Assembly: GCA_039715015.1 (NCBI GenBank)
Contig: JBDLIE010000003.1
Location: 32,001-96,000, forward strand
Length of the DNA: 64,000 nucleotides
Source of the DNA: Thermodesulfobacteriota bacterium
GTDB lineage: Bacteria; Desulfobacterota; Desulfobulbia; Desulfobulbales; SURF-16
Direction of reading: 5' to 3'
In this document: in pieces, positions 11,144 to 22,200 of the stretch
Layout: every line of letters starts with the position of its first letter
Position numbering within the stretch: the first letter of the stretch is position 1
Notes under the pieces: model-generated
Told to the model about the DNA's origin: nothing
Databases searched by the model: none
The model's input: the letters and a program-made list of their open reading frames with translations, nothing else
Position numbers and translations under genes: made by a program

Positions 11144-11722
11144 ATGCAGACAATTATAAAAGATAGCCTCGCCGGCTCTTTGGCCGCTCAGGAAAATTTT
11201 GTAGCACAAAGCAGTGATGCTCTTGAAACTGCTGTAGAATTGGTAATTAAATGTTTTGACACGGGCGGTAAACTTCTCCTCTTTGGTAATGGTGGCAGTG
11301 CCGCTGATGCCCAGCATCTTGCTGCGGAATTTGTTAATCGCTTTCTCATAAACAGGAGACCGTTGCCGGCTCTGGCTCTTACCACCGACACCTCCATCCT
11401 TACCAGTGTTGGTAATGATTTTTCTTACGATGATATCTTTGCCAAGCAGATTTCCGCCCTGGGCAAAAAAGAGGATATTGCCTTTGGAATCTCCACCAGC
11501 GGCAATTCAGCAAATGTTATTGCCGCCTTTGTAGAGGCCAAAAAGATTGGCATGAAAACAGTGGCCTTGACTGGCTGTAATGGTGGCAAGATAAAAGGAA
11601 ATGTCGATTTGCTGCTAAACGTGCCCGCTGACCATACCCCCCACATCCAGGAGACCCATCTCTGGATAGAACATATAATCTGCCAGCTGGTGGATGAAAA
11701 AATGTTTGGAAGTTTGGCATGA
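11144..11722 (+). CDS. gmhA: Phosphoheptose isomerase (SIS domain)
   Basis: GNGGSAADAQHLAAE, GNDFSY, ISTSGNS and HIQETH. Confidence 0.95.
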   Translation: MQTIIKDSLAGSLAAQENFVAQSSDALETAVELVIKCFDTGGKLLLFGNGGSAADAQHLAAEFVNRFLINRRPLPALALTTDTSILTSVGNDFSYDDIFAKQISALGKKEDIAFGISTSGNSANVIAAFVEAKKIGMKTVALTGCNGGKIKGNVDLLLNVPADHTPHIQETHLWIEHIICQLVDEKMFGSLA

Positions 11723-12669
11723 CCTATCCCACCCCCCTTAATTTTGACGAGCTGAACACCTATTCTGTCCATGACCGCTTCAGTAAGGTCACTGTGGATA
11801 ATTTTGCTAAGCCCCTTGCTCCTGGCGCCAGTCTGGCCGATTTTATCAACAATCTTCCTCAGCAATTTGCCGGAGTGGATTTCCCTGAACTTGTCAAGGC
11901 TCTTGCCCTTTGTAGTAAGAATAAGAAACAGATCATCTGTGGAATGGGTGCCCATGTTATTAAGGTGGGCCTTAACCCCATTATCATCAACCTCATGGAA
12001 AAAGGGGTAATTACGGCCATTGCCCTAAACGGGGCTGGCATTGTCCACGATGCTGAAATAGCCATGGTTGGCCGTACCTCTGAGGATGTCGGCCAAGTGC
12101 TCGGAGCAGGTGAGTTTGGGGCAGCCAAGGAAACCGGCGAGGTTGTCAATGATGCTATTTGCCAAGGGGCCGAAAACAATCTAGGCCTAGGGGAGGCCAT
12201 GGGCCAATATCTGGTTGAAAAAGAGTTTCCCTTTAACCAGATGAGCTTGCTAGCCTCGGCCTATCGTCTGGGAGTGCCGGTAACTGTTCATGTGGCCTTG
12301 GGTACTGATATTGTTCACATCCACCCCTCTGCCTCTGGTCCTGATATTGGCCAGACAAGTCATCAGGATTTTAAAATCTTTTGTCGTCTGGTCTCTGAAT
12401 TGGAAGAGGGTGCATACCTTAATATTGGCTCAGCGGTATTGTTGCCTGAGGTTTTTTTGAAGGCTCTCACCGTGACCAGAAACCTAGGTTATAAGGTAAA
12501 TTCCTTTACCACGGCAAATTTTGACTTTATTCGTCATTACCGCACCATGACCAATGTTGTAAATCGTCCAACGGCAAGCGGAGGAAAAGGTTATAATTTT
12601 ATCGGCCATCATGAACTGATGATTCCTCTTTTGGCTGCCGCACTCCTTGATAGTCTTGCCAACAAATAA
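11719..12669 (+). CDS. Conserved hypothetical protein, probable deoxyhypusine-synthase-like fold
   Basis: GMGAHVIKVGL, NGAGIVHD, HVALGTDIVH, NIGSAVLLPEVFLKAL and GHHELMIP; ATGA overlap with gmhA. Confidence 0.65.
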   Translation: MTYPTPLNFDELNTYSVHDRFSKVTVDNFAKPLAPGASLADFINNLPQQFAGVDFPELVKALALCSKNKKQIICGMGAHVIKVGLNPIIINLMEKGVITAIALNGAGIVHDAEIAMVGRTSEDVGQVLGAGEFGAAKETGEVVNDAICQGAENNLGLGEAMGQYLVEKEFPFNQMSLLASAYRLGVPVTVHVALGTDIVHIHPSASGPDIGQTSHQDFKIFCRLVSELEEGAYLNIGSAVLLPEVFLKALTVTRNLGYKVNSFTTANFDFIRHYRTMTNVVNRPTASGGKGYNFIGHHELMIPLLAAALLDSLANK

Positions 12670-12732
12670 ATTTCTTAATGATAAGAAAAACTTACACTTC
12701 TTTTACTAATTAATTTTACTTTACATATAACC

Positions 12733-14283
12733 GTGACAACTAAAGCAGAAAAAAAAGGAAAGGCATATCTCATTGGGGCAGGTCCAGGAGATCCGGGCCT
12801 CATTACCGTTCGTGGTCGTGAGATTTTGAAAAAGGCTGAGGTCATTATCTATGACTATCTGGCAGGTAAAAAACTTCTTGAATACGTTCCAAAGGATGCA
12901 GAGTTTATCTATGCTGGCAAGAAGGGAGGGGTTAAACACACCCACACCCAGGAAGAAATCAATCAGATGCTGGTTGACCGAGTCCGCGCCGGAAAGCTTG
13001 TTGTCCGTCTGAAGGGTGGAGATCCTTTTATTTTTGGTCGTGGTGGTGAAGAGCTTGAAGAGCTGGTCAAGGCAGGGCTAGAGTTTGAAGCCGTACCTGG
13101 AGTAACTTCTGCCTCTGCCGCAGCCACCTTTGCCGGTGTGCCCATAACCCATAGACAATATACTTCCTCAGTGGCTTTTATAACCGGTCATGAGGACCCG
13201 AATCGTACCGAGAGCCGAGTAGCGTGGGACAAGATTTCCACGGGCGTTGGTACTTTGGTGTTTTATATGGGGATTAAGAACCTCCCTTCCATCACCGCCA
13301 ATCTTATTAAGAATGGCCGCGACCCGCAAACTCCTGTGGCTATAGTACGCTGGGCATCTATGCCGTATCAGCAATCTGTTGTTGGCACCCTGGAAAACAT
13401 TGCAGACCTTGTTAAGGAAAAAGGGATTAAGCCGCCGGCCTTAACCATCGTTGGTGATGTGGTTCGATACCGTGAATCATTAAACTGGTATGAGGTCCGC
13501 CCTCTTTTTGGTAAAAGAATTGTTGTGACCAGAACTAGAGAGCAGGCAAGTGAGCTTGTTTCCCTCCTTGAGGAAAACGGTGCCTTCTGTCTTGAGCATG
13601 CCACCATTTCCATTGAGCCGCCAGACTCATGGCAGGAAGCTGATGCGGCCATAGATAATCTGAAAGAGTATGACTGGGTTGTTTTCACCTCTATAAATGC
13701 CATCCACTCTTTTTTCCGGCGTCTGCAGGAGAAAGGATTCGATTCACGACAGATGCATGGTTGCCGTATTGCTGCTGTTGGCAGGGTGACAGCTGATTGC
13801 CTTTTGGACTATGGTCTTCAGGCTGACCTTCTACCTGAAAAATTTACAGGTGAAGGTCTCGTCCATGCCTTAGTTGAAGCAGGTGTTAACGAACAGAAGG
13901 TTCTCATCCCACGTGCCCTTGAGGCTCGAAAGGTCCTTGAGGATGGCCTTACTAAGGCAGGGGCACAGGTGTCTATTGCTCCTGTCTATCAGAACCTGCC
14001 TCCAGTTGCAGAGGGGCGGAAATTACGTGAAGAAATAGAGGCAGGTGAGATCGACATGGTGACCTTTACCAGTTCATCCACAGTCCATAATTTCGTCGCC
14101 ATGCTGGCCTGTAAAGATAATGTTGAACTGTCGAAGCTTCTAGACAAAGTTCTCGTTGCCGCGATTGGCCCCATTACCGCTAAAACAGTAGAAGAGTATG
14201 GCCTTGTCGTCAATGTTCAGCCAGGAACATATACTATCCCCGCAATGGTCGATGCCATTGTGAGTCATGCAACAGGCGCCTAG
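12733..14283 (+). CDS. cobA: Fused uroporphyrinogen-III C-methyltransferase / uroporphyrinogen-III synthase (CobA-HemD)
   Basis: GAGPGDPGLIT and RLKGGDPFIFGRGGEE, then a HemD domain (RIVVTR, FTSINA, FTSSST, AIGPITA). Confidence 0.93.
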   Translation: MTTKAEKKGKAYLIGAGPGDPGLITVRGREILKKAEVIIYDYLAGKKLLEYVPKDAEFIYAGKKGGVKHTHTQEEINQMLVDRVRAGKLVVRLKGGDPFIFGRGGEELEELVKAGLEFEAVPGVTSASAAATFAGVPITHRQYTSSVAFITGHEDPNRTESRVAWDKISTGVGTLVFYMGIKNLPSITANLIKNGRDPQTPVAIVRWASMPYQQSVVGTLENIADLVKEKGIKPPALTIVGDVVRYRESLNWYEVRPLFGKRIVVTRTREQASELVSLLEENGAFCLEHATISIEPPDSWQEADAAIDNLKEYDWVVFTSINAIHSFFRRLQEKGFDSRQMHGCRIAAVGRVTADCLLDYGLQADLLPEKFTGEGLVHALVEAGVNEQKVLIPRALEARKVLEDGLTKAGAQVSIAPVYQNLPPVAEGRKLREEIEAGEIDMVTFTSSSTVHNFVAMLACKDNVELSKLLDKVLVAAIGPITAKTVEEYGLVVNVQPGTYTIPAMVDAIVSHATGA

Positions 14284-14296
14284 CAGGCACGATTCC

Positions 14297-14346
14297 ATCA
14301 CAAAAAAAAGGCCCTGCTTTTAAAAGCAGGGCCTTTTTTTTGTGAT
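14297..14346. terminator. Bidirectional intrinsic terminator (perfect 50 bp palindrome)
   Basis: atcacaaaaaaaaggccctgctttt / aaaagcagggccttttttttgtgat between convergent genes. Confidence 0.85.
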
Positions 14347-14368
14347 TTATCAGTTTTAAACTGAACCT

Positions 14369-16318
14369 TTATAAAAAGGAATCATCCTCCCCAAGTTTAA
14401 CCTTCTCAGGACTCACCGTGTCGTCCTTTTCTTCTTGGGAAGGTGCAGGGGCGACCTCTTCTGTCTCCTCAACTTGTGCAGGAATACCTTTGTCATCAAA
14501 GGCACTTTCCCCAGGAGAAACAACGACAACATCATCTGAGGGAGCTTTTTGAGGAGCAGCTTCTTTCGGAGGCTCAACTAGAGCAGGCTCTTTCTCAGCA
14601 GTAACAGGGGCTGCTGTGTCTTCAGCAGGTTGTTTTTTAAGATCAAAAGCCTCGTCTGCAGCACTTTCCCCAGATTCTTGAACAGCGGACTTATCCATCG
14701 TATCTTCAACTACTTCTTCTGTGGGTGACACTTCTCCCTCAACAACCTCTTCGCTAGTAGTTTGAGAATCTTCTTCTACTGCCGATTCAACAACAGGAAT
14801 CTCCGTTGGCTCTGCTTCTGTAGGCATTTCTGCTGGTTCTTCTGTTGCCATTGGATCAGCCTCGGAGCTAATAGTTTCTTCCGTGCTTTCAGAAGTCTCC
14901 TCTTCTTGGGGTTCTTCAACGATCTCCTGTTGCATCACCTCGTCAACGACCTGATCGACAGGTGGGAGGATGAAGTCGTCACTGAGAAAATCAGACTTGA
15001 GAAGTTCCTGTTCCACGACCACATAGTCCGTAACAATGGTGGAGATTACAGCCATGACACGACGGTTTTTCATCCGTCCAGCTTCTGTTGAATTGTCGGC
15101 AATAGGCTCACTCTCACCAGCGCCGCGTATTTTGAGACGATCAGGATCGATGGAGAAATTCTTAACAAGGTAATTCTTGATCGTTGCTGCTCTTCGTTTA
15201 GAAAGTTGCAGGTTGTAAGGTGCTGAGCCCAAGTCACAGGTATGGCCTTCAAGCAGGGCCTCGGTTTCAGGATAGAGAAGCATGAAGTCGGCAACCTCTC
15301 GGATCTCTTCTTCATAACCTGTGCGGAGAGATGCCTTGTTGAGATCAAACTCAACATGAAGTTCAATGGTTACAACCTTGTCATGGGGTAATTGCCGTTC
15401 AAGGATGATGATGTCTCCGTCCACTGCAGGTATCTCCTCAACAGCATACTGATCTTCAATAACATCTGCTATGGCAGGCTCTTCGACAATTTCAGTGTCT
15501 GTCAGAACCTGTTCTTCATCCGGAGTTTGATCGGTGGTGGTTTCTGGTTCAGCTACAGCAACAGGCGCAACAGGTTTAACAGGCACACGACGCTTAGCAA
15601 AAAAGATTTTTTCGACGTAGTCGTTGAGTTCTGCGGGGGAGTCAACACCTTCGTATTGGGCCAGGAAACCACAGCCGCCAACTTTGGCGATGCTGCTCAT
15701 GTTCTTGGCGCCTTGGGGATCGTTGCCGATTAATATAGGATAGTAACAAACAGATCCGCGGAACTTCTTTTTCATATAAGCGGATTCATAGATAGCTGAT
15801 TTTGGAATATTAACACCATCACTGATAAGAACAACAGCATGGGAACCGCTCAGCTTGCGTAAATCTTTGGTGGCTGAGATAAAAGCCAAGCCTAATGGAT
15901 CAAAATCACTGATGGCATGAGTCTTAGTTGCAATGATGGGAGTGAATCCTTTGGCATCAGTATGGTATAGGCCAAAAATAGTTGAAAAATCTTTTTCAAA
16001 GCGTTCAGCCTTGGGACCATGAATACGAAGCATCCGCCGGTGGGGAATGTTAGGAATGGTTTTGCCCATATTAGAAATTAAAAACCTGGCAATTTTTTGA
16101 TTTCTAGGCTCACCAACTCCTAAGAATGTCTCTCCTAAGCCGTCCACAATAATCATAAGATTATCGGTTTTTTGGAGGTAAGCGCCTGTTTTTAGGCGGT
16201 TGGTTAGTTCGTTAGAGTCGTAAACAAGGGGGGTAGAGCTGAATGCCGGAGTAATTGAAAAGAAAAAAACCGCGATAACCAGCAATGGGTTCACAATTGT
16301 AAAAAATCGTGATTTCAT
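14369..16318 (-). CDS. Exported vWA-like plus OmpA_C-like peptidoglycan-binding protein with a long acidic C-terminal tail
   Basis: Signal peptide; vWA-like segment (IIVD, VLISDG, YPILIG, GGCGF); OmpA_C motifs (FDLNKA, EGHTC, NLQLSKRRA, GRMKNRRV); E/P/A/T-rich tail; start after an agagg RBS. Confidence 0.8.
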   Translation of the reverse strand: MKSRFFTIVNPLLVIAVFFFSITPAFSSTPLVYDSNELTNRLKTGAYLQKTDNLMIIVDGLGETFLGVGEPRNQKIARFLISNMGKTIPNIPHRRMLRIHGPKAERFEKDFSTIFGLYHTDAKGFTPIIATKTHAISDFDPLGLAFISATKDLRKLSGSHAVVLISDGVNIPKSAIYESAYMKKKFRGSVCYYPILIGNDPQGAKNMSSIAKVGGCGFLAQYEGVDSPAELNDYVEKIFFAKRRVPVKPVAPVAVAEPETTTDQTPDEEQVLTDTEIVEEPAIADVIEDQYAVEEIPAVDGDIIILERQLPHDKVVTIELHVEFDLNKASLRTGYEEEIREVADFMLLYPETEALLEGHTCDLGSAPYNLQLSKRRAATIKNYLVKNFSIDPDRLKIRGAGESEPIADNSTEAGRMKNRRVMAVISTIVTDYVVVEQELLKSDFLSDDFILPPVDQVVDEVMQQEIVEEPQEEETSESTEETISSEADPMATEEPAEMPTEAEPTEIPVVESAVEEDSQTTSEEVVEGEVSPTEEVVEDTMDKSAVQESGESAADEAFDLKKQPAEDTAAPVTAEKEPALVEPPKEAAPQKAPSDDVVVVSPGESAFDDKGIPAQVEETEEVAPAPSQEEKDDTVSPEKVKLGEDDSFL

Positions 16319-16515
16319 ACACTTACCTCTTTTCTTGGAAATTGCCATAATCAAGTATTTGTGAAAGGGGGAATCGGATCCATCTACTCACTTACCGATT
16401 TTATCGCCCATATTGTATTATAAATATCTAAAATATCAAAACTTTTATCTTTTGAATTTTCTTGATATTTAGGGTTTTTTAGGCAAATCAAAAAAGGAAA
16501 TAGCGACAGTACCAC

Positions 16516-17355
16516 CTATGGTGTTTTGGTGGTTAGCTTCATACTAATGTCAGATGATGGGGCCGAATGAGTGAGGGCGCCGATAGAGATAATATCCACA
16601 CCTGTTTCAGCAATTTCTCTTATATTTCGTAGGGTTACACCGCCAGATGCTTCAACCAACGCATGGTTGTTGATGAGCCGGACAGCTGTTTTCATTTCAT
16701 CAGGTGGCATATTGTCGAGCATAATAATGTCGACTTTTGCGGCGAGACATTGTTCTACCTGGTCAAAATTTTCTGTTTCTACCTCGATCTTTAAGGTGTG
16801 AGGTGCCTGGTTGCGGACGCGATTTACAGCCTCGAGAATCGAGCCACAGGCCGCTATATGATTGTCTTTTATCATGATCCCGTCAGCGAGGTTAAATCGG
16901 TGATTGTGGCCACCCCCAACCCGAACAGCATATTTTTCAAGGGTTCGAAGGCCAGGTGTGGTTTTACGGGTATCTGTGACTCTCGTTGGCAGATCACCAA
17001 TTTCTTTCACAAAACTATTTGTTAAGGTAGCTATGCCACAGAGACGCTGAACTAAATTTAAGGCTACCCGTTCACTCTGGAGAAGTTCAATAACCGGACC
17101 TTTCCCCGAAAAGACCTCTTCGCCCGTTTTAATGAAACGTCCATCCTCAACTGCTGAATAATTAAAATGAGGTATGCGAGCTTTGAAGACCTCTGCGGCA
17201 ATGTCCATGCCCGCACAGACAAAATCACTTTTTGCTATAAAAACAGCTTTGCCTAAAATATCAGGAGCAAAGATTGCCTGTGAGGTAATATCGCCGGTGC
17301 CAAGATCTTCTTGAAGAAAATGGTTGATGTCTGCTTTTAGGGAGAGAATGTCCAT
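16516..17355 (-). CDS. nadC: Quinolinate phosphoribosyltransferase (nicotinate-nucleotide diphosphorylase)
   Basis: EDLGTGDIT, ERVALN, DTRKTTPG, IKDNH, MLDN and EASGG. Confidence 0.96.
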   Translation of the reverse strand: MDILSLKADINHFLQEDLGTGDITSQAIFAPDILGKAVFIAKSDFVCAGMDIAAEVFKARIPHFNYSAVEDGRFIKTGEEVFSGKGPVIELLQSERVALNLVQRLCGIATLTNSFVKEIGDLPTRVTDTRKTTPGLRTLEKYAVRVGGGHNHRFNLADGIMIKDNHIAACGSILEAVNRVRNQAPHTLKIEVETENFDQVEQCLAAKVDIIMLDNMPPDEMKTAVRLINNHALVEASGGVTLRNIREIAETGVDIISIGALTHSAPSSDISMKLTTKTP

Positions 17356-17507
17356 GGAAACCTGTTATCTTTAGTTGAGGATTTATAAAGGTGTGAAGAT
17401 ATGTTTTTTAGCGGTTGAAACGTAATTACAATGCCCTTCTCTCGCTTGTAAAGAATATTAAAAATGTCGATTCTCTTTGAGTTGTCACTTAACTATTAAT
17501 AAAAGTT

Positions 17508-18254
17508 ATGCTGGATTGCCACAGTCATCTTCTTGATATAACGAATTTTTCTAGTGACTTTTTTCTCGCCTCACTTGAAGAGTGTCATATTCGGAAAATT
17601 TACTGCAATATTGTTGATGTTAAGCAATGGTCATCTCTTTCCAGCCTTACTGAAAAATATCCGCAAATTATTCCTTTTTTCGGTATTCATCCCTGGCATA
17701 TAACTCATTTTTCATTTAATGACCTGGAACCACTCGCCGACCTCCTTAGAAAAGAGTTATCTTGCTGTGGAGAAATAGGTCTTGATCGCCGTTGTGATAC
17801 AGATTTTTTATTACAAAAAAAAATGTTTGTAAAACAGCTCGACCTTGCCAAGGACACCCAAAGTTTTGTGGCTATCCACTGTGTCAAAGCCTGGGGGCCC
17901 CTTCTGGAAATTCTTGCAGGATATCAGGGTAAAATTTCATTTATGATCCATTCCTTTCAAGGTTCTAGGGAGGTTATGGAAAGACTGGTGGCAATGGGTG
18001 GAATGATTTCTTTTTCAGATCGGGTCATGCAGAGCAAACAAAAGAAACTCCAAGAAGTCCTCAAGGTCACCCCCCTTGAGAACCTTCTCCTAGAAACGGA
18101 TTTCCCCTTTCAGACCAGTATAGAGGGCAGTTCTTCAAAAATATATTGTCAGGTTCTCTCAAATCTTTACACCTTTGTTGCGCGTCTCCGAGAGATTTCA
18201 GCCTCAGACCTCTCGCAAATTATCGAAAGAAATGGATCGATTTGTACGTATTGA
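17508..18254 (+). CDS. TatD-family hydrolase/nuclease
   Basis: DCHSH, GIHPW, GEIGLD, IHCV, IHSF and LETD. Confidence 0.88.
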   Translation: MLDCHSHLLDITNFSSDFFLASLEECHIRKIYCNIVDVKQWSSLSSLTEKYPQIIPFFGIHPWHITHFSFNDLEPLADLLRKELSCCGEIGLDRRCDTDFLLQKKMFVKQLDLAKDTQSFVAIHCVKAWGPLLEILAGYQGKISFMIHSFQGSREVMERLVAMGGMISFSDRVMQSKQKKLQEVLKVTPLENLLLETDFPFQTSIEGSSSKIYCQVLSNLYTFVARLREISASDLSQIIERNGSICTY

Positions 18255-18987
18255 AAAACTTTTAGGGCGCTCCAAGGCTTCTTGGCTCCGGGATAGGTCG
18301 GTGACCATCGTCGGGGTCGGAGCTGTTGGTGGTTATGCCTTAGAAGGCTTGGCTCGGGCCGGAATCGGCAGGGTCCGCCTGGTTGATTTTGACGTTTTCA
18401 CAGCCTCAAATATAAACCGTCAACTCCACGCTCTAGAGTCTACTCTAGGGAGTATAAAGGTTGAGGCGGCAAAGAAAAGGGTGCTGGATATTAATCCCCT
18501 TTGTCAGGTGGATGTATTACCTCTTTTTGCTGACACCGATACTGTTAACGATATATTGGCACCGAAGCCCGACATCCTTATTGACGCCATTGATTCATTA
18601 GATTCCAAGAGGGTACTTCTGGAAACAGCCCACCAATTAAATATACCTATTGTCTCATCCATGGGAGCGGCCTTACGCACAGACCCGGCCCAGATTCATG
18701 TTGATGAACTGCTTAAGACCAAAAAATGTCCCCTGGCCAGAAAACTGCGTAAAAAGCTGCGGAAGATTGGTGTTGGTAGTGGTATTACCTGTGTTTATTC
18801 AACTGAAAAGGTCGATTATGAATATGGCCAGCAGGAAGAATATAGCGAGGGAGGTCCCTCAAACCAAAAAAAAAGACGCCCTAGACGAATCCTGGGCAGT
18901 CTTCCCACCCTTACCGGGATTTTTGGCCTTATTGTCGCCAATACAGCTATCTATAAGTTGTTAGAAAAATATGAGGATTCTCCCTGA
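18232..18987 (+). CDS. tcdA: tRNA threonylcarbamoyladenosine dehydratase (ThiF/E1-like)
   Basis: GVGAVG, DFD...SNINRQ, DAID, SSMGAA, CPLA and VYSTE. Confidence 0.85.
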   Translation: MDRFVRIEKLLGRSKASWLRDRSVTIVGVGAVGGYALEGLARAGIGRVRLVDFDVFTASNINRQLHALESTLGSIKVEAAKKRVLDINPLCQVDVLPLFADTDTVNDILAPKPDILIDAIDSLDSKRVLLETAHQLNIPIVSSMGAALRTDPAQIHVDELLKTKKCPLARKLRKKLRKIGVGSGITCVYSTEKVDYEYGQQEEYSEGGPSNQKKRRPRRILGSLPTLTGIFGLIVANTAIYKLLEKYEDSP

Positions 18988-19009
18988 GAGAATATCATAT
19001 TGAAGGTTG

Positions 19010-19213
19010 TTACCGATTTTGAAACCAGAGGAGGTAGAGTCCTATCAGCAACAAAAAGGGACCATTACTGAAATAAAAAAGATAGACGAGTGGGTAACGG
19101 CGTCCAAGAAATTCTTTTAATTGGGAACGATTTACCACTTTAGGAACCCAGAACAAGACCGTTACTAGGCTTCCGAAAATGATAAGGAAAAGGGCAAGGA
19201 GATTAAGTGGCAT
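19010..19213 (-). CDS. Small membrane protein with two hydrophobic segments, 67 aa
   Basis: ATG at 19213, just downstream of the AsmA-like gene; two hydrophobic helices. Confidence 0.6.
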   Translation of the reverse strand: MPLNLLALFLIIFGSLVTVLFWVPKVVNRSQLKEFLGRRYPLVYLFYFSNGPFLLLIGLYLLWFQNR

Positions 19214-19232
19214 TGTTTCACCTGAAGGCTCG

Positions 19233-22200
19233 TTACTGTGCGGGACTCTCCGAAGAGGATGAAGTGTCGGTTGATTCCTGAGGATTGGGTATGGGCCCAG
19301 AGTTTTGTTCACCGTTCCTGTCTTTTTTTCCTGGAATCATCCAGCCAAAGGGCAGGGTTATTGTGTCGAGAATCCATTTTCCCGTTGCCTCACCAATGGC
19401 TGAAGGGGAGAGGACCGTGACTTTGGGGTCATGGAGGGGGCCTGTTACCTTCACCGGCACAGAAACAATCCTCCCTTCACTTCCACCAAGAACACGACCG
19501 ACCAGGGGAACTTTTGTTACCAGACCATGGATTGTTGCAAAGGGGACTACAAAGAAAGTGACGTCATACTCCATGGTGCTAAGATTAACCTCCCCAGTTG
19601 CCACCACATCTACCCCATCGCCATCGATGAAGGCTTTTTCGATGGTGAAAACATTGTCGCAAATATTTCCAGAGAGCTCAAAGGCATTATAGTAAAAACC
19701 TTCCTTCCAGATAGCCCCGGAAAGGCCGGTAATATTGATGAGGCTGAGAGTTTTCGCCAGGGCGACGAACTTTTTAATGGTTCCTTTTTTTGATGTAAGA
19801 AAAACCCCCCCCCGTTTACAGAGATTGGTGTCAGAATAAATCCGGCCGGAGATTTCAAGGGGACCTTCAACGATGCCATCAAAATTAAAACAAGAGAGAA
19901 AATCTTGAAACTTCAAAGGCCTGTCAATGGGAGACATTACGGAGATTTCTTTCGTGGTTTCCTGAGGGCCATGCCAGGAAAGCTGGCCGTTTAAGCCAAC
20001 TCCGCAGACCTCACTGTCCTGAAGGTTAAGCTCTGAGTCCGTTTGGTTGAATTCATATGTGCCTTTCAGGGGGGTAATAGGAAGTTTGTAGCTGCGCTGA
20101 TCGCCGCCATCGTTTCTTTTAGTGCCAAAAGGCAAAACAACACTTTTAAAATCAAAGCCTAAAAGGCCTGAAATCTCATATGATGGAGTGGTTTTAGTAT
20201 CTTGTGGTATCGCCAGGGTTGTGTAAAGAAAATAATCTAGATCATCCTGGAATTTTTCAATATTTGTCGTGCTTATTGGTGAAACAGAAAAAAGATCCAG
20301 TTCAAAATGGCCCAAACCAGGTTTTGAAGAAAATACCCCTGAAGCGCCAAAAGATTCGTTATTAAAAACAGCTTCCAGCTCTTGGACTCTTAAACGAGAG
20401 TCCTCTGAGTCAAAATTTAAAATGGGAATGTTGCAGACTCTTTGCTCTTTACCCCATGTCCACTGGGCATCTAGGGCGATTAAATCGCCGTCGAAATCAA
20501 CCATGGTCATGTTGGTTTTCTTGTCAGTTGTTTTATGGATTTTAAAATCACCCTTGATGGATTCAAAGGTTGCTTTGCTGTCATCCAAGAAGGCGCCTAG
20601 GGAGCCACCGGAAATATTGCCCTTAAATGATGAAATGAATTCTTGATCCTTTTCATTCCAATGCAAGGTCAAGGACGCGTTATCTGTTTCACTTTTCACA
20701 TGGAAAGATCCGGAGAACGACTCGGCTTTATTCTTAATGTCTAGATCAAGTGCTATCGTATCTCCCTCAGGGGAAAGTTTGCCCTCAAGGCTGAATAATT
20801 TGTCGTCCCAGCGGATAGTCATGTTTCGAATACGATAGGGCGGCCGAGGGACAATAAGATGTGGGAAAATATGTTTATCTTCAAGCCAGTTCAAGTGTTT
20901 GTTCCCCAGCAAGCCATTAACATGTAAATTGCCCTCCCAGGTCTGCCAATCATCATGAAGAAGTTCGCCACTTAAATTAATTGGTTTTCCAAATAAGGTG
21001 CCTGCGCTGGATACTATCTTAATCTCCTGATGGCCTACGATTCCTGTAGCCTTTTCCACCATCACTTTTTCAGCCATAACCGGTGTTTTAAAAGTTATAT
21101 CTTTAAGTTTTGACTCAAAACTATAGGTGTATTCTTCCGGTTTAAAAAAAGAACCTTGCAGTGATCCTGTTATCTCTGCACTACCCTGGATGGAATCAAT
21201 CACCCCGGCAAAGGTCTCCATAAGGAGAGGGTATTCTTTTAGTTCTCCTAGGAGTGTGTTGGTATCAAAAAGGCCATGCAGGGAATTTATAGAAAAGGGG
21301 ATATCCGGGTCATCCCAGGTGACGTGACCACTGGTTTCCTGAATAGAATGGGAGGCCATCTTGGCCTTCATATTCTGCCAGGTCGCCGAGGTGCCGGTTA
21401 CCTTAAGCTTGCCAACTGTTGGGCGTAGAGGCCAACTCAACCTCTCATAGCGAAGTTCAGCATCGTGATATGTGTCAACATCAACAATGACATTAAAATC
21501 GCGTATATCGTCGCCAATATGGAGATGGCCATTCGCCCGGCCACTGCCCTGGACCTTGCCGAGTTCACGAGCAACATCCTTGTCATTAAGAATACTACGC
21601 AGCACTGCGGGCAGCTCCTGAAGGTTGGCGTCAATATCAACATCAACCTCTAACCCAAATTTATCACTAGCGAGACCAACGAGGAAGACACCATCAGTTC
21701 CTTTGGCATCACCGACCCAAGTGGTAATATTTTTGCCGCTGAGATCACCATCTTTAATAAGAATTGGCCCTTGGGCGTTGTTTAGGTCAAGGGGGATGTC
21801 GGCAAGGTGAATTTCAGAGGTTGCTATATCAACCCCAATGGTCATGGAGGCCACATCTTCAAAGGCTTTTGCTGGGGCGTCGAAATAGTAGGTGGCGCTA
21901 TTCGCCTTACCACTTTGAACAATGTCACACACCTGCTGAGCCACCGAATTATCCCCCAAAAGGCTAAGAACTTTTTGGCGGACACCTGTTAGATCTAGGT
22001 CTGCAGCTTTAAGATCTATTTTTATGTTTGATTGATCACTGCCGTCAGGAAAATAACGACTAATTTCACCCTTGATTTTAAGCTGAGGCTCATGAAAATG
22101 AAGGTCGTTAAAAGTAAGAAAGAAGCTGTCGTGAGGGCCAAGATGGAGGTTGATATCGCCCTTGCCGAGCCTAAAGTTTTCCTTTACGTCAAGTCGTGAC

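Noticed and set aside
16428..16472. Imperfect AT-rich inverted repeat upstream of the OmpA-domain gene
   Set aside because: Low complexity and mismatched arms; not distinguishable from chance in an AT-rich spacer.
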